Source: an uncultured virus (IMG/VR IMGVR_UViG_3300027833_000032) (Duplodnaviria; Heunggongvirae; Uroviricota; Caudoviricetes). From it: a stretch of DNA of 64,000 nt. Location of the stretch: the IMG/VR virus record IMGVR_UViG_3300027833_000032; one strand, 5' to 3'. The notes below the pieces were generated by a model, which was given only the letters and a program-made list of their open reading frames with translations, made no database searches and was not told the origin of the DNA. The translations under genes were made by a program, and so were the position numbers. Below are positions 7,393-16,984 of the stretch, piece after piece; position 1 is the first letter of the stretch; the number at the start of each line of letters is the position of its first letter.

Positions 7393-8093
7393 TAGGTAAA
7401 AAAAGTTTGCATTCCCTCCACTACGAAGGTCTTCTCTGTACCAGCTGAATTAGTATAAGCTACTTCGTGCCTTAGTTTCGGCATTGTTTCAAAGAACTTA
7501 GTAATATCTTTAACCGACTTAGCAGTTAAGCTATCCATAAATCCGTCAATTTCTTCTCTAGAGTAGTCTTTAAAGTAGTGTACCTCGTCCTCAGATGCGA
7601 CGTAGTCAATACAAGACGTTAGTAATATATAATCTGTTAATGGATCTTCTTGGTCGAGTGTGGTCAACTGTGCAAACTCATCAATCGTAGGATATCTCAA
7701 AAACAATCTATACTCTTCATTAATGATTATTTCCTTACTGTGATCTGGATTATTAACAATCTTTACTTCGTCAATATCAATTTCTAAATCTATACGCTCA
7801 TCTGTTTCTTCATCGCGCACAGAAAAATTAATTAAGTTGTTAACGCTTCGGGCTCTTAAGTATAGTATTACATACTCAAGATCAAACATCGCAAGATCAC
7901 TTACTTCTTTTTCTATTAAACAATTATTAACAACTTGTTTTGCCGCTAATACTTGTGCAGTTGGATCATCACTTTCTTGTCCAACTAATAAAATCTTTTC
8001 TTCTTTAACCGAAAACGGTCTGTATTTAATTCGCTCACCAGAAGACGGTAGCGTCAGTTCCTGTATTGGAATATCAATTTTTGGTAATGCCAT
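7392..8093 (-). CDS. gp26: baseplate hub subunit / assembly chaperone
   Basis: MALPKI, LPSSG..IKYRPF.VKEEKILL, FDLEY..L.LRARSV, FFETMPKL, EG.Q.FF end; AGGAG RBS. Confidence 0.88.
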   Translation of the reverse strand: MALPKIDIPIQELTLPSSGERIKYRPFSVKEEKILLVGQESDDPTAQVLAAKQVVNNCLIEKEVSDLAMFDLEYVILYLRARSVNNLINFSVRDEETDERIDLEIDIDEVKIVNNPDHSKEIIINEEYRLFLRYPTIDEFAQLTTLDQEDPLTDYILLTSCIDYVASEDEVHYFKDYSREEIDGFMDSLTAKSVKDITKFFETMPKLRHEVAYTNSAGTEKTFVVEGMQTFFT

Positions 8094-8127
8094 TATGTAT
8101 TTCTCCTATTATATAATTTTGTGCGCG

Positions 8128-8970
8128 TTATGGTGACTTAATTTTGGCTGGTTTAGATTCTGAAGCACTTCCGACTGAGTCCCCAAAGAAAGCATCAATG
8201 TTGCTATATGAATTACGAACACGACTTAGTTTGTTAATTGCATCCTGGATGCTTGTTGGTTTACCGGAGCTTAATGTTGATTTAGTAACATCTACAAAGT
8301 TAGCTAAATCAGATAGAGTATCAAGTAATCCACCTTGTAATCTGTTTGATGGGTTGCCTTGGCGGTCACCAGAGTAATGTATTCTGTCATAAGCAAAGGT
8401 CACATCTATAGTTAAAAATTGGTCGTTCAGCGCCCAGTCCATTCCCATGTCTGAAACTTGATACGGCCAAGCGTTATCTAATACAACTTCGTAGTACTTA
8501 TCGTTTTTACCGAAGCTTTCAGTAGAGTAATGTTTAATAGACATTCTACATCCATATTCGTCTTTATAACCAAGTTCGTATGGTAACATACCAATTCCAC
8601 CGTCTTCAAAGTCTGCAACTGCTCCATAAGCACCAGCCTTAGTACTATAATTCATTACTCTTTGAATCCAATTATGGAAGAACGAAAGCATTTCGTGATT
8701 ACTATCAATCATAAAGGTTGCATTTATAGGTGCACTAGTCATACTAAGCGGGAATGTTGTTGGTAGTTGTGCAACGTTTGTCATTGAACTTGTTTCAACA
8801 CCAATGCCTGGAAAGTTAACTCTATTACAGAAAAACGAAAATTCACTAGAAGGATCGATAGCAGAATTGGTTTCTTTATATTTAGCTATAGTTACTTCAA
8901 ATAGATTAGCCTTGGCAGGACCACCATACTTATCCATCGTTGATTTAAATTTGCTAATACTAAATGACAT
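8128..8970 (-). CDS. baseplate-tail tube junction protein (gp54-like, tube fold)
   Basis: GPAKANLFEV, FFC..VNFPG, FF..W, YKDEY, L.NAWP..V and VTFAY motifs; position next to gp2. Confidence 0.72.
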   Translation of the reverse strand: MSFSISKFKSTMDKYGGPAKANLFEVTIAKYKETNSAIDPSSEFSFFCNRVNFPGIGVETSSMTNVAQLPTTFPLSMTSAPINATFMIDSNHEMLSFFHNWIQRVMNYSTKAGAYGAVADFEDGGIGMLPYELGYKDEYGCRMSIKHYSTESFGKNDKYYEVVLDNAWPYQVSDMGMDWALNDQFLTIDVTFAYDRIHYSGDRQGNPSNRLQGGLLDTLSDLANFVDVTKSTLSSGKPTSIQDAINKLSRVRNSYSNIDAFFGDSVGSASESKPAKIKSP

Positions 8971-8973
8971 GTT

Positions 8974-9660
8974 TTATCCCTGTATCGTTTTTCTTGAGTC
9001 AGCATAAACTTTCTGTTTATTAGCTCCCTCAAACCTGGCCAACGGTAAGAATAACGCGATATCCCATTCTGTTGGATTAATATAAACAAACTTTGATTGC
9101 ATCTGTTTATTTAAATACATTTTTAATGCTGGCTTAAAGAAACGAAATCTTGCAGCACTCTGCAATAATTCATAACTAACTTTTAATTTTGTTGTCTCAT
9201 CAAATGTTTTATTAGATGTGACTGTATATAATGCGTCCATTAATTGGCCGCGCATCAATGGTGGTAAATAGTGAAAGTTAATTCCTAGAAAACCACCCTT
9301 AACCTTATTTATTGGGAAAATCAGCGGGAATCTATCATAATATGGTAATGTAGCTTTATGCTTAGGATTGTACGCAAATGTGTACATATCACCAGGTTCC
9401 ATATTACTAACTAATCGGCCGCGTTCCTTTGAAGCTGAACTAATCACTGCAGAACCAGAAACACCAGAAGATCCAGTACCGGTTTTAGTTACTGCCTTTG
9501 CAGCATTACGATACCAAGATCTAGCTGTTGCAGAACGAGCTGGTACTTCTCCTGATCTAATACCTCGTGCAAGTATATCAGTAAAGACTGCTACACCTTT
9601 AGCTTTGCCTTTAGCAACTCTGTCAGCTTCTTCAAAAAGATTTTGATATTCAATTGCCAT
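8974..9660 (-). CDS. gp2: DNA end protector protein
   Basis: Y.PKHK.TLPYYDRFPLIF, FLGINFHYLPP..R and EWDIALFLP motifs. Confidence 0.92.
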   Translation of the reverse strand: MAIEYQNLFEEADRVAKGKAKGVAVFTDILARGIRSGEVPARSATARSWYRNAAKAVTKTGTGSSGVSGSAVISSASKERGRLVSNMEPGDMYTFAYNPKHKATLPYYDRFPLIFPINKVKGGFLGINFHYLPPLMRGQLMDALYTVTSNKTFDETTKLKVSYELLQSAARFRFFKPALKMYLNKQMQSKFVYINPTEWDIALFLPLARFEGANKQKVYADSRKTIQG

Positions 9661-10122
9661 TTATTTACCTGCTATTCCATCTTTTTCTGTCATTATAACG
9701 AAGCTCCAACCACGGTCAGCACAGTACGATCGAGCTGCTTTCCATTTAGCACTGTTAATACCATAATTCTTAACCTCGTTTAGATATCTTCTTGATACCC
9801 TACCTGTTGGTGTTTTATTCTTATTGGACGGATTAGGTGGTAAAGTCTGCCCATACGGTTTAATTTCTATCATGATTGTTTGTGTTTTACCATGCCCATC
9901 ATGTTTATGGACAACCACATCTGGGAAGTATCTATGCATCCTTCCATCTATTGGTGACCTATATGGAACAATTACTTCTTCAGATTGCCACCATATTACA
10001 TCTTTATGCTTATCTAACCAAGAAAAAACGTTTCTTTCCCACCAAGACCGATAAATAATCCTAGTAGGATCACCTTTATATTTCTGCGGGCGGCTTGGTT
10101 TAAACTTACCTTTATATGCCAT
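9661..10122 (-). CDS. gp4: head completion nuclease
   Basis: MAYKGKFKP..P.KYKGDPT.IIYRS.WE, W.SEE, HRYFPD, IEIKP, N.AKW.AA motifs; start reassigned to ATG 10122. Confidence 0.93.
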   Translation of the reverse strand: MAYKGKFKPSRPQKYKGDPTRIIYRSWWERNVFSWLDKHKDVIWWQSEEVIVPYRSPIDGRMHRYFPDVVVHKHDGHGKTQTIMIEIKPYGQTLPPNPSNKNKTPTGRVSRRYLNEVKNYGINSAKWKAARSYCADRGWSFVIMTEKDGIAGK

Positions 10123-10141
10123 AACTAATTTGTCAATCCTG

Positions 10142-10176
10142 TATAAATAATCTATAATGTCCAATTACTATTTATT
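10142..10176. promoter_or_regulatory. face-to-face pair of T4 late promoters
   Basis: TATAAATA on + (10142-10149) toward gp48 and AATAAATA on - (10169-10176) toward gp4. Confidence 0.75.
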
Positions 10177-10206
10177 ACAACGAGATAACTATGGCTGGAA
10201 GTAACT

Positions 10207-11232
10207 ATGAGTTCTAGACCTGAAATAATTAAAAGAAACCGAACTACCGGTAAAGTAGGTAGTGGGAAATATCTTTCTTTCCCGACTAAGCCTATGCCTC
10301 ACGGTCTATTACTACAATTTACCGACTACGACTATAATACTTACATTGCTAGTATTAAACAAGAAAAACAGAACGGTAAAGATACTTTTGTAGAAAGTGG
10401 TAATTTAGGTTTTGTCCCTGCCAATACTGAGAAATCTGTAGCAGAAATTAAAGAAAATTCAGCTATTGAATTACCGTTTCCAAGATCACTCCAAGATTCT
10501 CAAGGTATTAGAGTACAAAGTTTTGAAAGAGATTTTTTATATGAACGTGTAGCGTCTGGTTTATCCAGTTTAGCAGGAGATTCTAGCTCAGCCTTTTTGG
10601 GAAATATGCAGGAGGCAATTGGAGGTGCTTTAGATTCAGTTAAAACTGGTACTAAAGACTTCTTTAATGATCCAATGGCTGCAATTACTGCAGGCCTTGA
10701 ACAGATGGGTGGTATCGAAGCTAATAAAGCAACAGCGATCGCTAGTTACTTAGGACGTAATATTATTGGTGGTGATTTATCTAGAACACTTGGCGTAATA
10801 AATCAAAGAGTAGTTAATCCACAAGAGACATTAAGTTTTACCGGTGTAGATTTAAAGAACTACACATTCAGTTGGGATTTATTTCCTTCTAATAAAGCTG
10901 ACACAGAACAAATACGAAAAATCGTTCAATTCTTAAAGAATAAGTCATTACCCGAAACAGAAGGAGTTGAAAATGTTCCGTCTCTAAGTAGAGCATTCTT
11001 ACAATATCCTAGTATTGTTACTCTAAACTTATTAGGTGTACAAGAGTCACACTTCCAACGGTTTAAAAGATGTATGATTAGTAATGTTACTGTTGATTAC
11101 GGTGCAGGTGGTGGGATGCCACAAATTATTAAAGGTGGTGTTCCTGCTGCAGTTACATTAAGCATATCATTCAGCGAAGTACAAATACATACTCGCGATG
11201 ATTATCCAATAGACGGAGGAACACAGACATAA
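10207..11232 (+). CDS. gp48: baseplate tail-tube cap
   Basis: IELPFP..LQD, VVNP..TL.F.GV.LK.YTF.W.LFP, FLQYP, C.ISNVTVDY and LSISFSE motifs. Confidence 0.82.
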   Translation: MSSRPEIIKRNRTTGKVGSGKYLSFPTKPMPHGLLLQFTDYDYNTYIASIKQEKQNGKDTFVESGNLGFVPANTEKSVAEIKENSAIELPFPRSLQDSQGIRVQSFERDFLYERVASGLSSLAGDSSSAFLGNMQEAIGGALDSVKTGTKDFFNDPMAAITAGLEQMGGIEANKATAIASYLGRNIIGGDLSRTLGVINQRVVNPQETLSFTGVDLKNYTFSWDLFPSNKADTEQIRKIVQFLKNKSLPETEGVENVPSLSRAFLQYPSIVTLNLLGVQESHFQRFKRCMISNVTVDYGAGGGMPQIIKGGVPAAVTLSISFSEVQIHTRDDYPIDGGTQT

Positions 11233-11606
11233 TGAAATATTTTGAAAACTTCCCAATTATAGAATACGAAGGGCGTAGAGTAAGAGATATATCTCGCAGA
11301 GCTAATTTCGTTACAGCATTGAGTAATAATCCATATATCTATTATCCCTATACAGTTTCAGAAGGTGAACGAGCAGAAACAGTAGCTCAATTCTATTATG
11401 GGTCAGTCGATTATGTCTGGCTCGTTTATATGGCAAACAAAATAGTTGATCCATACCACGAATGGCCAATGGATCCACAAACATTCAACGATTATATAGT
11501 TGAAAAATATACAGACGAATCTGGTGAAGTTGGAGAAGACGTAATTGATTGGACAAGAGATACAACCAATGACGATAACATCATTTTCTATGTGAAAAAG
11601 GTATAA
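11232..11606 (+). CDS. gp53: baseplate wedge protein gp53, N-terminal part (LysM-like)
   Basis: MKYFENFP.I.Y, Y.V.EGERAE.VA..YYG....WLV..AN...DPY.EWP motifs. Confidence 0.88.
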   Translation: MKYFENFPIIEYEGRRVRDISRRANFVTALSNNPYIYYPYTVSEGERAETVAQFYYGSVDYVWLVYMANKIVDPYHEWPMDPQTFNDYIVEKYTDESGEVGEDVIDWTRDTTNDDNIIFYVKKV

Positions 11607-11609
11607 CAA

Positions 11610-11867
11610 ATGGCAGCAGTAGACGAAATTCTTTTAGCGCCCGAGTCGTTTCGTACAATCTATCTTCGTAGAGAAGACAGAGTTATTATGAGAACTGAGC
11701 TAGGGCAGAAAATTATTATTAAACGAATCATTCCTGCAGAATGGGAACCATACCGTATTTACGAGTACGAAGAAACACTAAACAATAATAAGAAAGAAAT
11801 ATACTTATTTGATAAAGACTTCCTACCTCAGATTACAAAAGAATTCTTTAATTCGGTTAGTGAATAA
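11610..11867 (+). CDS. gp53 C-terminal part encoded as a separate ORF
   Basis: YEYEETLNNNKKEIYL......QI..EF matches the usual gp53 C-terminus; same frame as 11232..11606, after TAA CAA. Confidence 0.7.
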   Translation: MAAVDEILLAPESFRTIYLRREDRVIMRTELGQKIIIKRIIPAEWEPYRIYEYEETLNNNKKEIYLFDKDFLPQITKEFFNSVSE

Positions 11868-11872
11868 AATAT

Positions 11873-13309
11873 ATGGCTAATGAAGCTTTTAATCCATCAC
11901 GATGCGAAATAAAAACCGCTACGTTGATACCATACGCTAGTGATAACCGCCGCGAGTATGACGTGTCGCTTATGATCGGTGGTTTCCGTATGAGCCACAG
12001 CATTACCCAACTTTCTTTAAATGGCAGTTTAGATATTTTAGATAATATTGGTCTATTGCAAAACGCTCCATTGCGTGGTGAAGAAGTATTAAAATTAACC
12101 ATCTACTGCTATGACTTACAAACAGAAGTTAGCTTAGAATGCCAAGTTCATAAAATTGATAGTATCGAACCAACTCCTGATACAAAGGGTGTTAGTTACA
12201 CACTACATTGGATATCAAAAGCAAGTTATGAAGCAGGCAAGAGAAGCGTTATTAGATCATACGCTAATAAAAAAGCTTCAACAATAGTACAGAACATTTT
12301 TAATGACTATTACGGCCCTGATAAAAATTTAAATAGGGGACAGTTTTCACCGCAGGTATATTATAATATTACACCAGGTAATGCATCAGAAGGCGAAGTA
12401 TTACCTGAAAATACAAAAGTTTTTAATTTAAACTCAGACAAAGGTCGTAAAGTTTATATCGAAGAGTCAGATAATAACATGACTGTTACTATACCTGATT
12501 ATATGCCAACAGAAGCAATTGCCTTTGTTGCTCGTAGAGCGTTTGGATCTAGTAGATCTAAATCATCTTTATTTAGATTCTTTGAAACATACAAAGGATT
12601 TTATTTTGTAAGTGATGAATGGTTATATGCTTATGGCCGTGCTAATAGACCAAAGACATTAACCTATAATCCTTTTGTTGAAAAGGACGGTGCAGCACCT
12701 AGAGAACAAATAGAAACATTAAGCAATTTTACGCAAGGTGTGCGAGTTAATGTTGGAGCAGAATTATCCGGTGGTGCTTATTCAAATACTGTAATGGAAG
12801 TTGATATCTTAAAAAGAACAGCAAAGAGATTTGATTACCATTATAAAGATTACTACAAAGAATTTACAGATGTTGGTGGCAAGACTGCGTCGTTAGGAAC
12901 AGATATTCATACAGAAAAATTTATGACTGACACATTTACAAAAGAAAATGCAAAGCAGTGGATGATTATTAGAGAATATACTGATAGAAATTTAGTAGGA
13001 GCATTTAGACCTGAAACTAATTTTAGGGATTTAGCAGCTAAAAGAAACATGTTTGCTTTCCACGCAGCTGCAACACAAGTAAGTGCTATAACTACAGGAC
13101 GCTTAGATCTTCAAGCTGGTGATATTGTTAAATTGAATGTTAGAGAAATGACAGCTGGTAATCAATCACAAAATAATAAACAATTAAGTGGAAGGTATTT
13201 AATAATAGCAATTGAAAATAATATTGGTGATGGGGAATTACAAACTGCAATGTCCTTATATAAATTTGGGTGGAGTGATGCAGCAAGTGATGCCAAGGGA
13301 GGAGTATAG
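11873..13309 (+). CDS. baseplate hub protein (gp27-like)
   Basis: PLRGEE.L, F.FFET..GF.F.S, L.AGD.V.L and LSGRYLI motifs; directly upstream of gp5. Confidence 0.68.
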   Translation: MANEAFNPSRCEIKTATLIPYASDNRREYDVSLMIGGFRMSHSITQLSLNGSLDILDNIGLLQNAPLRGEEVLKLTIYCYDLQTEVSLECQVHKIDSIEPTPDTKGVSYTLHWISKASYEAGKRSVIRSYANKKASTIVQNIFNDYYGPDKNLNRGQFSPQVYYNITPGNASEGEVLPENTKVFNLNSDKGRKVYIEESDNNMTVTIPDYMPTEAIAFVARRAFGSSRSKSSLFRFFETYKGFYFVSDEWLYAYGRANRPKTLTYNPFVEKDGAAPREQIETLSNFTQGVRVNVGAELSGGAYSNTVMEVDILKRTAKRFDYHYKDYYKEFTDVGGKTASLGTDIHTEKFMTDTFTKENAKQWMIIREYTDRNLVGAFRPETNFRDLAAKRNMFAFHAAATQVSAITTGRLDLQAGDIVKLNVREMTAGNQSQNNKQLSGRYLIIAIENNIGDGELQTAMSLYKFGWSDAASDAKGGV

Positions 13310-13311
13310 TA

Positions 13312-15006
13312 ATGAGTAGAGGAATGGGAATATCAAATCCGATGTGGTTTGTTGGTGTGGTTGAAGATAATGATGATCCAACAAATCAAGGCCGTGTTAA
13401 AGTTCGCGCTTTTGGTGTACACGGTGAAAATACAAATCAAGAAATTCCTACTGGAGCATTACCTTGGGCTGTATGTGTAGCCGGTAATTACGATCCAAAC
13501 AATCCACCCCCAAAATTAAATAGTTTTGTATTTGGTATGTTTTTAGATGGTGATGAAGCACAACATCCAATGATAATGGGTTTAATCCCAGCACAGTATA
13601 CTGAAAAGCACGATCCAGACAAAGACAAATGGGGAGTTGTTCCTGGCGATGACGCGCCACTAAGAGCTCAAGGCTTAGATCCTGAATCTTTTGGTATGAC
13701 ACAAATGAGCCGATTAGCTAGATCAGAAGATCTTGACGCAACTTATTTAACACCTCAATTTTCAAACGCAATAGAAAAACAAAAGATTGCAGACTCAAAG
13801 TTAACGTGGGACGAACCACCACCTGCATATGGTGCAAAATATCCTCATAACCGTGTTATAGAAACAGCACGCCATAGTATAGAAATTGATGATACTCCTG
13901 GCGCAGAAAGAATTCATATACATCACATGTCTGGTTCTTATATTGAAATAGACGCTACTGGCTCAGTTAAAGAACGTGCCGATGGCGATCGCTACGAAGT
14001 TACTATAGGAACTAAACACGAGTCATCAGCTCATAATGTTATTACAATTAATGGTAATTCTCATGTTTATGTTAAGGGAAATAAAACAGAAGAAATCATG
14101 GGCGATTATAAACAAATCGTTCACGGTGAACATGAGTTATCTATAGGCGGTAGTTCGTTCTATAATGTTGGTAATCATTTCAATATGCGTGGTGCTAATA
14201 TTAAGCTTGAAGGTAATGCTGATAGAGTTACAATATTTGGTAAAAACGAAGTTCAGATCGAAGCAGAAAAACAAATCAATTCAGTAGCTTTAAATATTAA
14301 AAATACTGCTTTAAATACGTTTGACATATATTCAAATAAAGCAATTAAATTAACCACTCCAATGGATATTCATTTAACTGGTTCTAATATTATTAATAAT
14401 GCTGCTGGTTTAATACCACCTACAGCTTTATCAGGCGGTGTTGGTGTTCCTGGATTTAGTGTTAACGCGTTAGCATGTCAATTTACATCTGCAACAGGTT
14501 CATTCAGTGGATTATGGAACGCAGGAGCAGTAAACACTGCTGCACTATTAGCAACAACACTAAATGCCACAACTGGTAATTTCGGCGCAGTTAATACAGC
14601 AGCACTTGCAGCGCCATTACCAACTAGTACTTCACCTGGAAGTACGTGTGCACCCAGCGCCACCCGGCTAGTAGCAATAACAGCACCAACTGTAACTATA
14701 CCTGCATTAGTTCCTGCTGCAATAAGTACTCCAGTAGCTGCACCATTACCTGGTGTGACTTCGGGTTGGGCTTATCCTACAGGAAACGGACCACTCTTTG
14801 CTGCAGCAGTATTAACTTCACCATTTAGTGTGTTAACAGGTATTAATCTATTACCAGGTGGCGGTTTAGGACTACCTCGTATTCAGATGCCAGAACCAGC
14901 AAGCTACGCAAAAACAATTGTGCCAAAAGGTTATTTTGCATTAGGTTACGCTCTTGGATTTGTTTCACCTTTAGATGACTCAGCAGATGGAGATTTCAAT
15001 GGCTAG
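13312..15006 (+). CDS. gp5: baseplate central spike gp5 (OB fold and beta-helix, no lysozyme domain)
   Basis: WFVGVVEDNDDP..GRVKVR.FG.H, LPWA, VFG.FLDG..AQ.P, KYPHN.V.ET, DDTPGAERI and VxG repeats. Confidence 0.9.
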   Translation: MSRGMGISNPMWFVGVVEDNDDPTNQGRVKVRAFGVHGENTNQEIPTGALPWAVCVAGNYDPNNPPPKLNSFVFGMFLDGDEAQHPMIMGLIPAQYTEKHDPDKDKWGVVPGDDAPLRAQGLDPESFGMTQMSRLARSEDLDATYLTPQFSNAIEKQKIADSKLTWDEPPPAYGAKYPHNRVIETARHSIEIDDTPGAERIHIHHMSGSYIEIDATGSVKERADGDRYEVTIGTKHESSAHNVITINGNSHVYVKGNKTEEIMGDYKQIVHGEHELSIGGSSFYNVGNHFNMRGANIKLEGNADRVTIFGKNEVQIEAEKQINSVALNIKNTALNTFDIYSNKAIKLTTPMDIHLTGSNIINNAAGLIPPTALSGGVGVPGFSVNALACQFTSATGSFSGLWNAGAVNTAALLATTLNATTGNFGAVNTAALAAPLPTSTSPGSTCAPSATRLVAITAPTVTIPALVPAAISTPVAAPLPGVTSGWAYPTGNGPLFAAAVLTSPFSVLTGINLLPGGGLGLPRIQMPEPASYAKTIVPKGYFALGYALGFVSPLDDSADGDFNG

Positions 15007-16570
15007 TTGTACTGATACAAGAGACCAAACATATATTAATAAACAAGCTCTTGCGCTAGAGCCGATTTCTGTTGATGGACAATATACCTTAGCAGCTGTT
15101 GATAAATTTGCAGAAGATCTTGCTAAAAATATTTTACAAGAAGCAGATAAGAATCCAATTAAAATTGCTGTTAACAGATATGGAGATAATTTCTATACTG
15201 CTGTAGATTATATTAATAATACGTGGCGCAATAGAATAGGTAGTAATGCTGGTGATGCTTTAGCTGCAAGATGGGATCGTGGAAATATTACAAACCTTGA
15301 AATTGCAGATTTCATGGAAGCATATAATTACACAGCTGATGGTTTAATTAATCAAAATAATCTTTCAAAGCTTAATTTAGAATTAAACAATTATTATAAC
15401 GGTGGTATTACTGAAAGTATTTTAGGTGGTTTCTGTAATAGTCTAAAGAATGTCTTTAATCAAATAGATGCGTTCTATGATTTAATAGATGTAGTTGATG
15501 GATTAATTCAAGACGCAATAGCAATTTATAATAAGATACCAAGAGACTATGATGGATTTAAAACATTAGTTCAAGAGCAGATTATCGACAAGCTTATTGA
15601 AGAAATACAAACTAAGATTATTGATGTTATAGTAAAAGTTTATCAAGATATTATGGCTGCTATTGAAAACTTTGATCCTGTTGGTATTATATCAGACGCT
15701 GTAACAAACGTCAATCGTATGCATACAAAAAGAGTAATGACACTTAAAGAACGTATGTGTAATGAGATGACTGAAAAAGAACAGCAAAAGCTTAAAGATA
15801 AACTTAAAAACTTTATGGATTATGCATTAGGTTTATTTGAAAACGTTGATTTAGAAACAGTACAATTCTTAGTTTATAGATTCTGTGCACTTGCTACTAA
15901 CGTTGAAGCTCTTATTAGAGAAGTTAAAAATCCATTAGATAGTTTCGGCAATCGTTATCAAAGAGTAGTACAAAGGCTACAAACTGTTGGAAATATGAAT
16001 ACATCTACAGCAATTCGTAACGGAGGTGTAAGATTTTCTGAAGAAGAGCGACGTGCGACTATAAATAGTTTAAGGGATGTATGGGAAGGCAATTCTGGAC
16101 AAGTACTTAGAACTCCTAATGGTGAAGATGCGATAATTGTAAAAGAGATTACTGCTCAAGAATATAAAGACTTACCACCTTGTATGGCTGTTTTAAAAGG
16201 CACAGACTCAAGGTTTAGTTTAGACCCTGCTGCCAAGAGTTTTAAAGAAGATGATTATGGTATAGGATTACCTGCTTATACTCATCTTGATTTAGATGTA
16301 AAAGTTTATCTTGCAAGGATGCAGTCGAAGCTAGGTGAGAAAATCGTTATTACCAAAGGTTGGGTTAATAAAGAATATAACGATAAAATAAAAGGTTCGC
16401 CTGAAAGCAGCCACTTAAGTGGGCTTGTTATAGATATACAGAACAACTTTAATTTAAATAGTGATGAGAAAGTTGAAGAATTTAAGACCAGAGCTATTGC
16501 TGCTGGTTTTAGATACATTGTAATATACGATAAGCACATACATTTAGACATAAGAGATATACCTAGATGA
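14999..16570 (+). CDS. virion-associated protein with C-terminal peptidase M15-like (Zn D-Ala-D-Ala) domain
   Basis: SSHLSGLVIDI (H-x6-D) and HIHLD zinc ligands; start at ATG 14999 with GGAGA RBS. Confidence 0.75.
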   Translation: MASCTDTRDQTYINKQALALEPISVDGQYTLAAVDKFAEDLAKNILQEADKNPIKIAVNRYGDNFYTAVDYINNTWRNRIGSNAGDALAARWDRGNITNLEIADFMEAYNYTADGLINQNNLSKLNLELNNYYNGGITESILGGFCNSLKNVFNQIDAFYDLIDVVDGLIQDAIAIYNKIPRDYDGFKTLVQEQIIDKLIEEIQTKIIDVIVKVYQDIMAAIENFDPVGIISDAVTNVNRMHTKRVMTLKERMCNEMTEKEQQKLKDKLKNFMDYALGLFENVDLETVQFLVYRFCALATNVEALIREVKNPLDSFGNRYQRVVQRLQTVGNMNTSTAIRNGGVRFSEEERRATINSLRDVWEGNSGQVLRTPNGEDAIIVKEITAQEYKDLPPCMAVLKGTDSRFSLDPAAKSFKEDDYGIGLPAYTHLDLDVKVYLARMQSKLGEKIVITKGWVNKEYNDKIKGSPESSHLSGLVIDIQNNFNLNSDEKVEEFKTRAIAAGFRYIVIYDKHIHLDIRDIPR

Positions 16571-16983
16571 CAATAATTAGTAAAACACCAGTAAGTAAAA
16601 AGCCGAATTTATATGCAGATTTTCATAAAGATCTAAGGATTAGTCCTATTTCAAAAGACTTAGCTCTTTTAAAAGACGAAGACGCTGTAAAACAATCTAT
16701 AAAGAATCTGATTTTAACAGATCCTGGCGAAAGACTTATGCAGCCATTTATAGGTGGCGGAATACGTGATTTACTATTTGAAAACATTACTCCAGGTGTA
16801 TTAAAAACAATTGAAACCAGATGTAAAAATACTATAGCAACTTATGAGCCACGCGCAGAAATTATAAATGTTACTGCAACAAGCGAATTTGACGATAATA
16901 CTGTTAGAGTTTTAATAGAATTTTACATACGAAACGTCGACCGACCAATAACTCTCGATGTAATTTTAGAAAGGATAAGATAA
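16567..16983 (+). CDS. gp25: baseplate wedge subunit / sheath initiator
   Basis: AVKQSIKNLILT.PGER..QP..G.....LLFE and YEPR motifs. Confidence 0.93.
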   Translation: MTIISKTPVSKKPNLYADFHKDLRISPISKDLALLKDEDAVKQSIKNLILTDPGERLMQPFIGGGIRDLLFENITPGVLKTIETRCKNTIATYEPRAEIINVTATSEFDDNTVRVLIEFYIRNVDRPITLDVILERIR

Positions 16984-16984
16984 G

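Noticed and set aside
9661..10122. TnsA-like nuclease as a transposase or homing endonuclease
   Set aside because: Motifs and position beside gp2 identify the core head-completion protein gp4. The ORF-track extension to 10164 overlaps the promoters and was trimmed.
10191..10217. 8-codon ORF overlapping the gp48 start
   Set aside because: Too short, weak RBS and no other support.
11604..11606. Stop-codon reassignment (alternative genetic code)
   Set aside because: The in-frame stop is TAA, and TAA, TAG and TGA all terminate full-length genes in this window.
16060..16067. Internal TATAAATA as a promoter for a stand-alone M15 endolysin
   Set aside because: No in-frame start with an RBS was found ahead of the domain; it more simply serves gp25-gp6 or is chance in AT-rich DNA.
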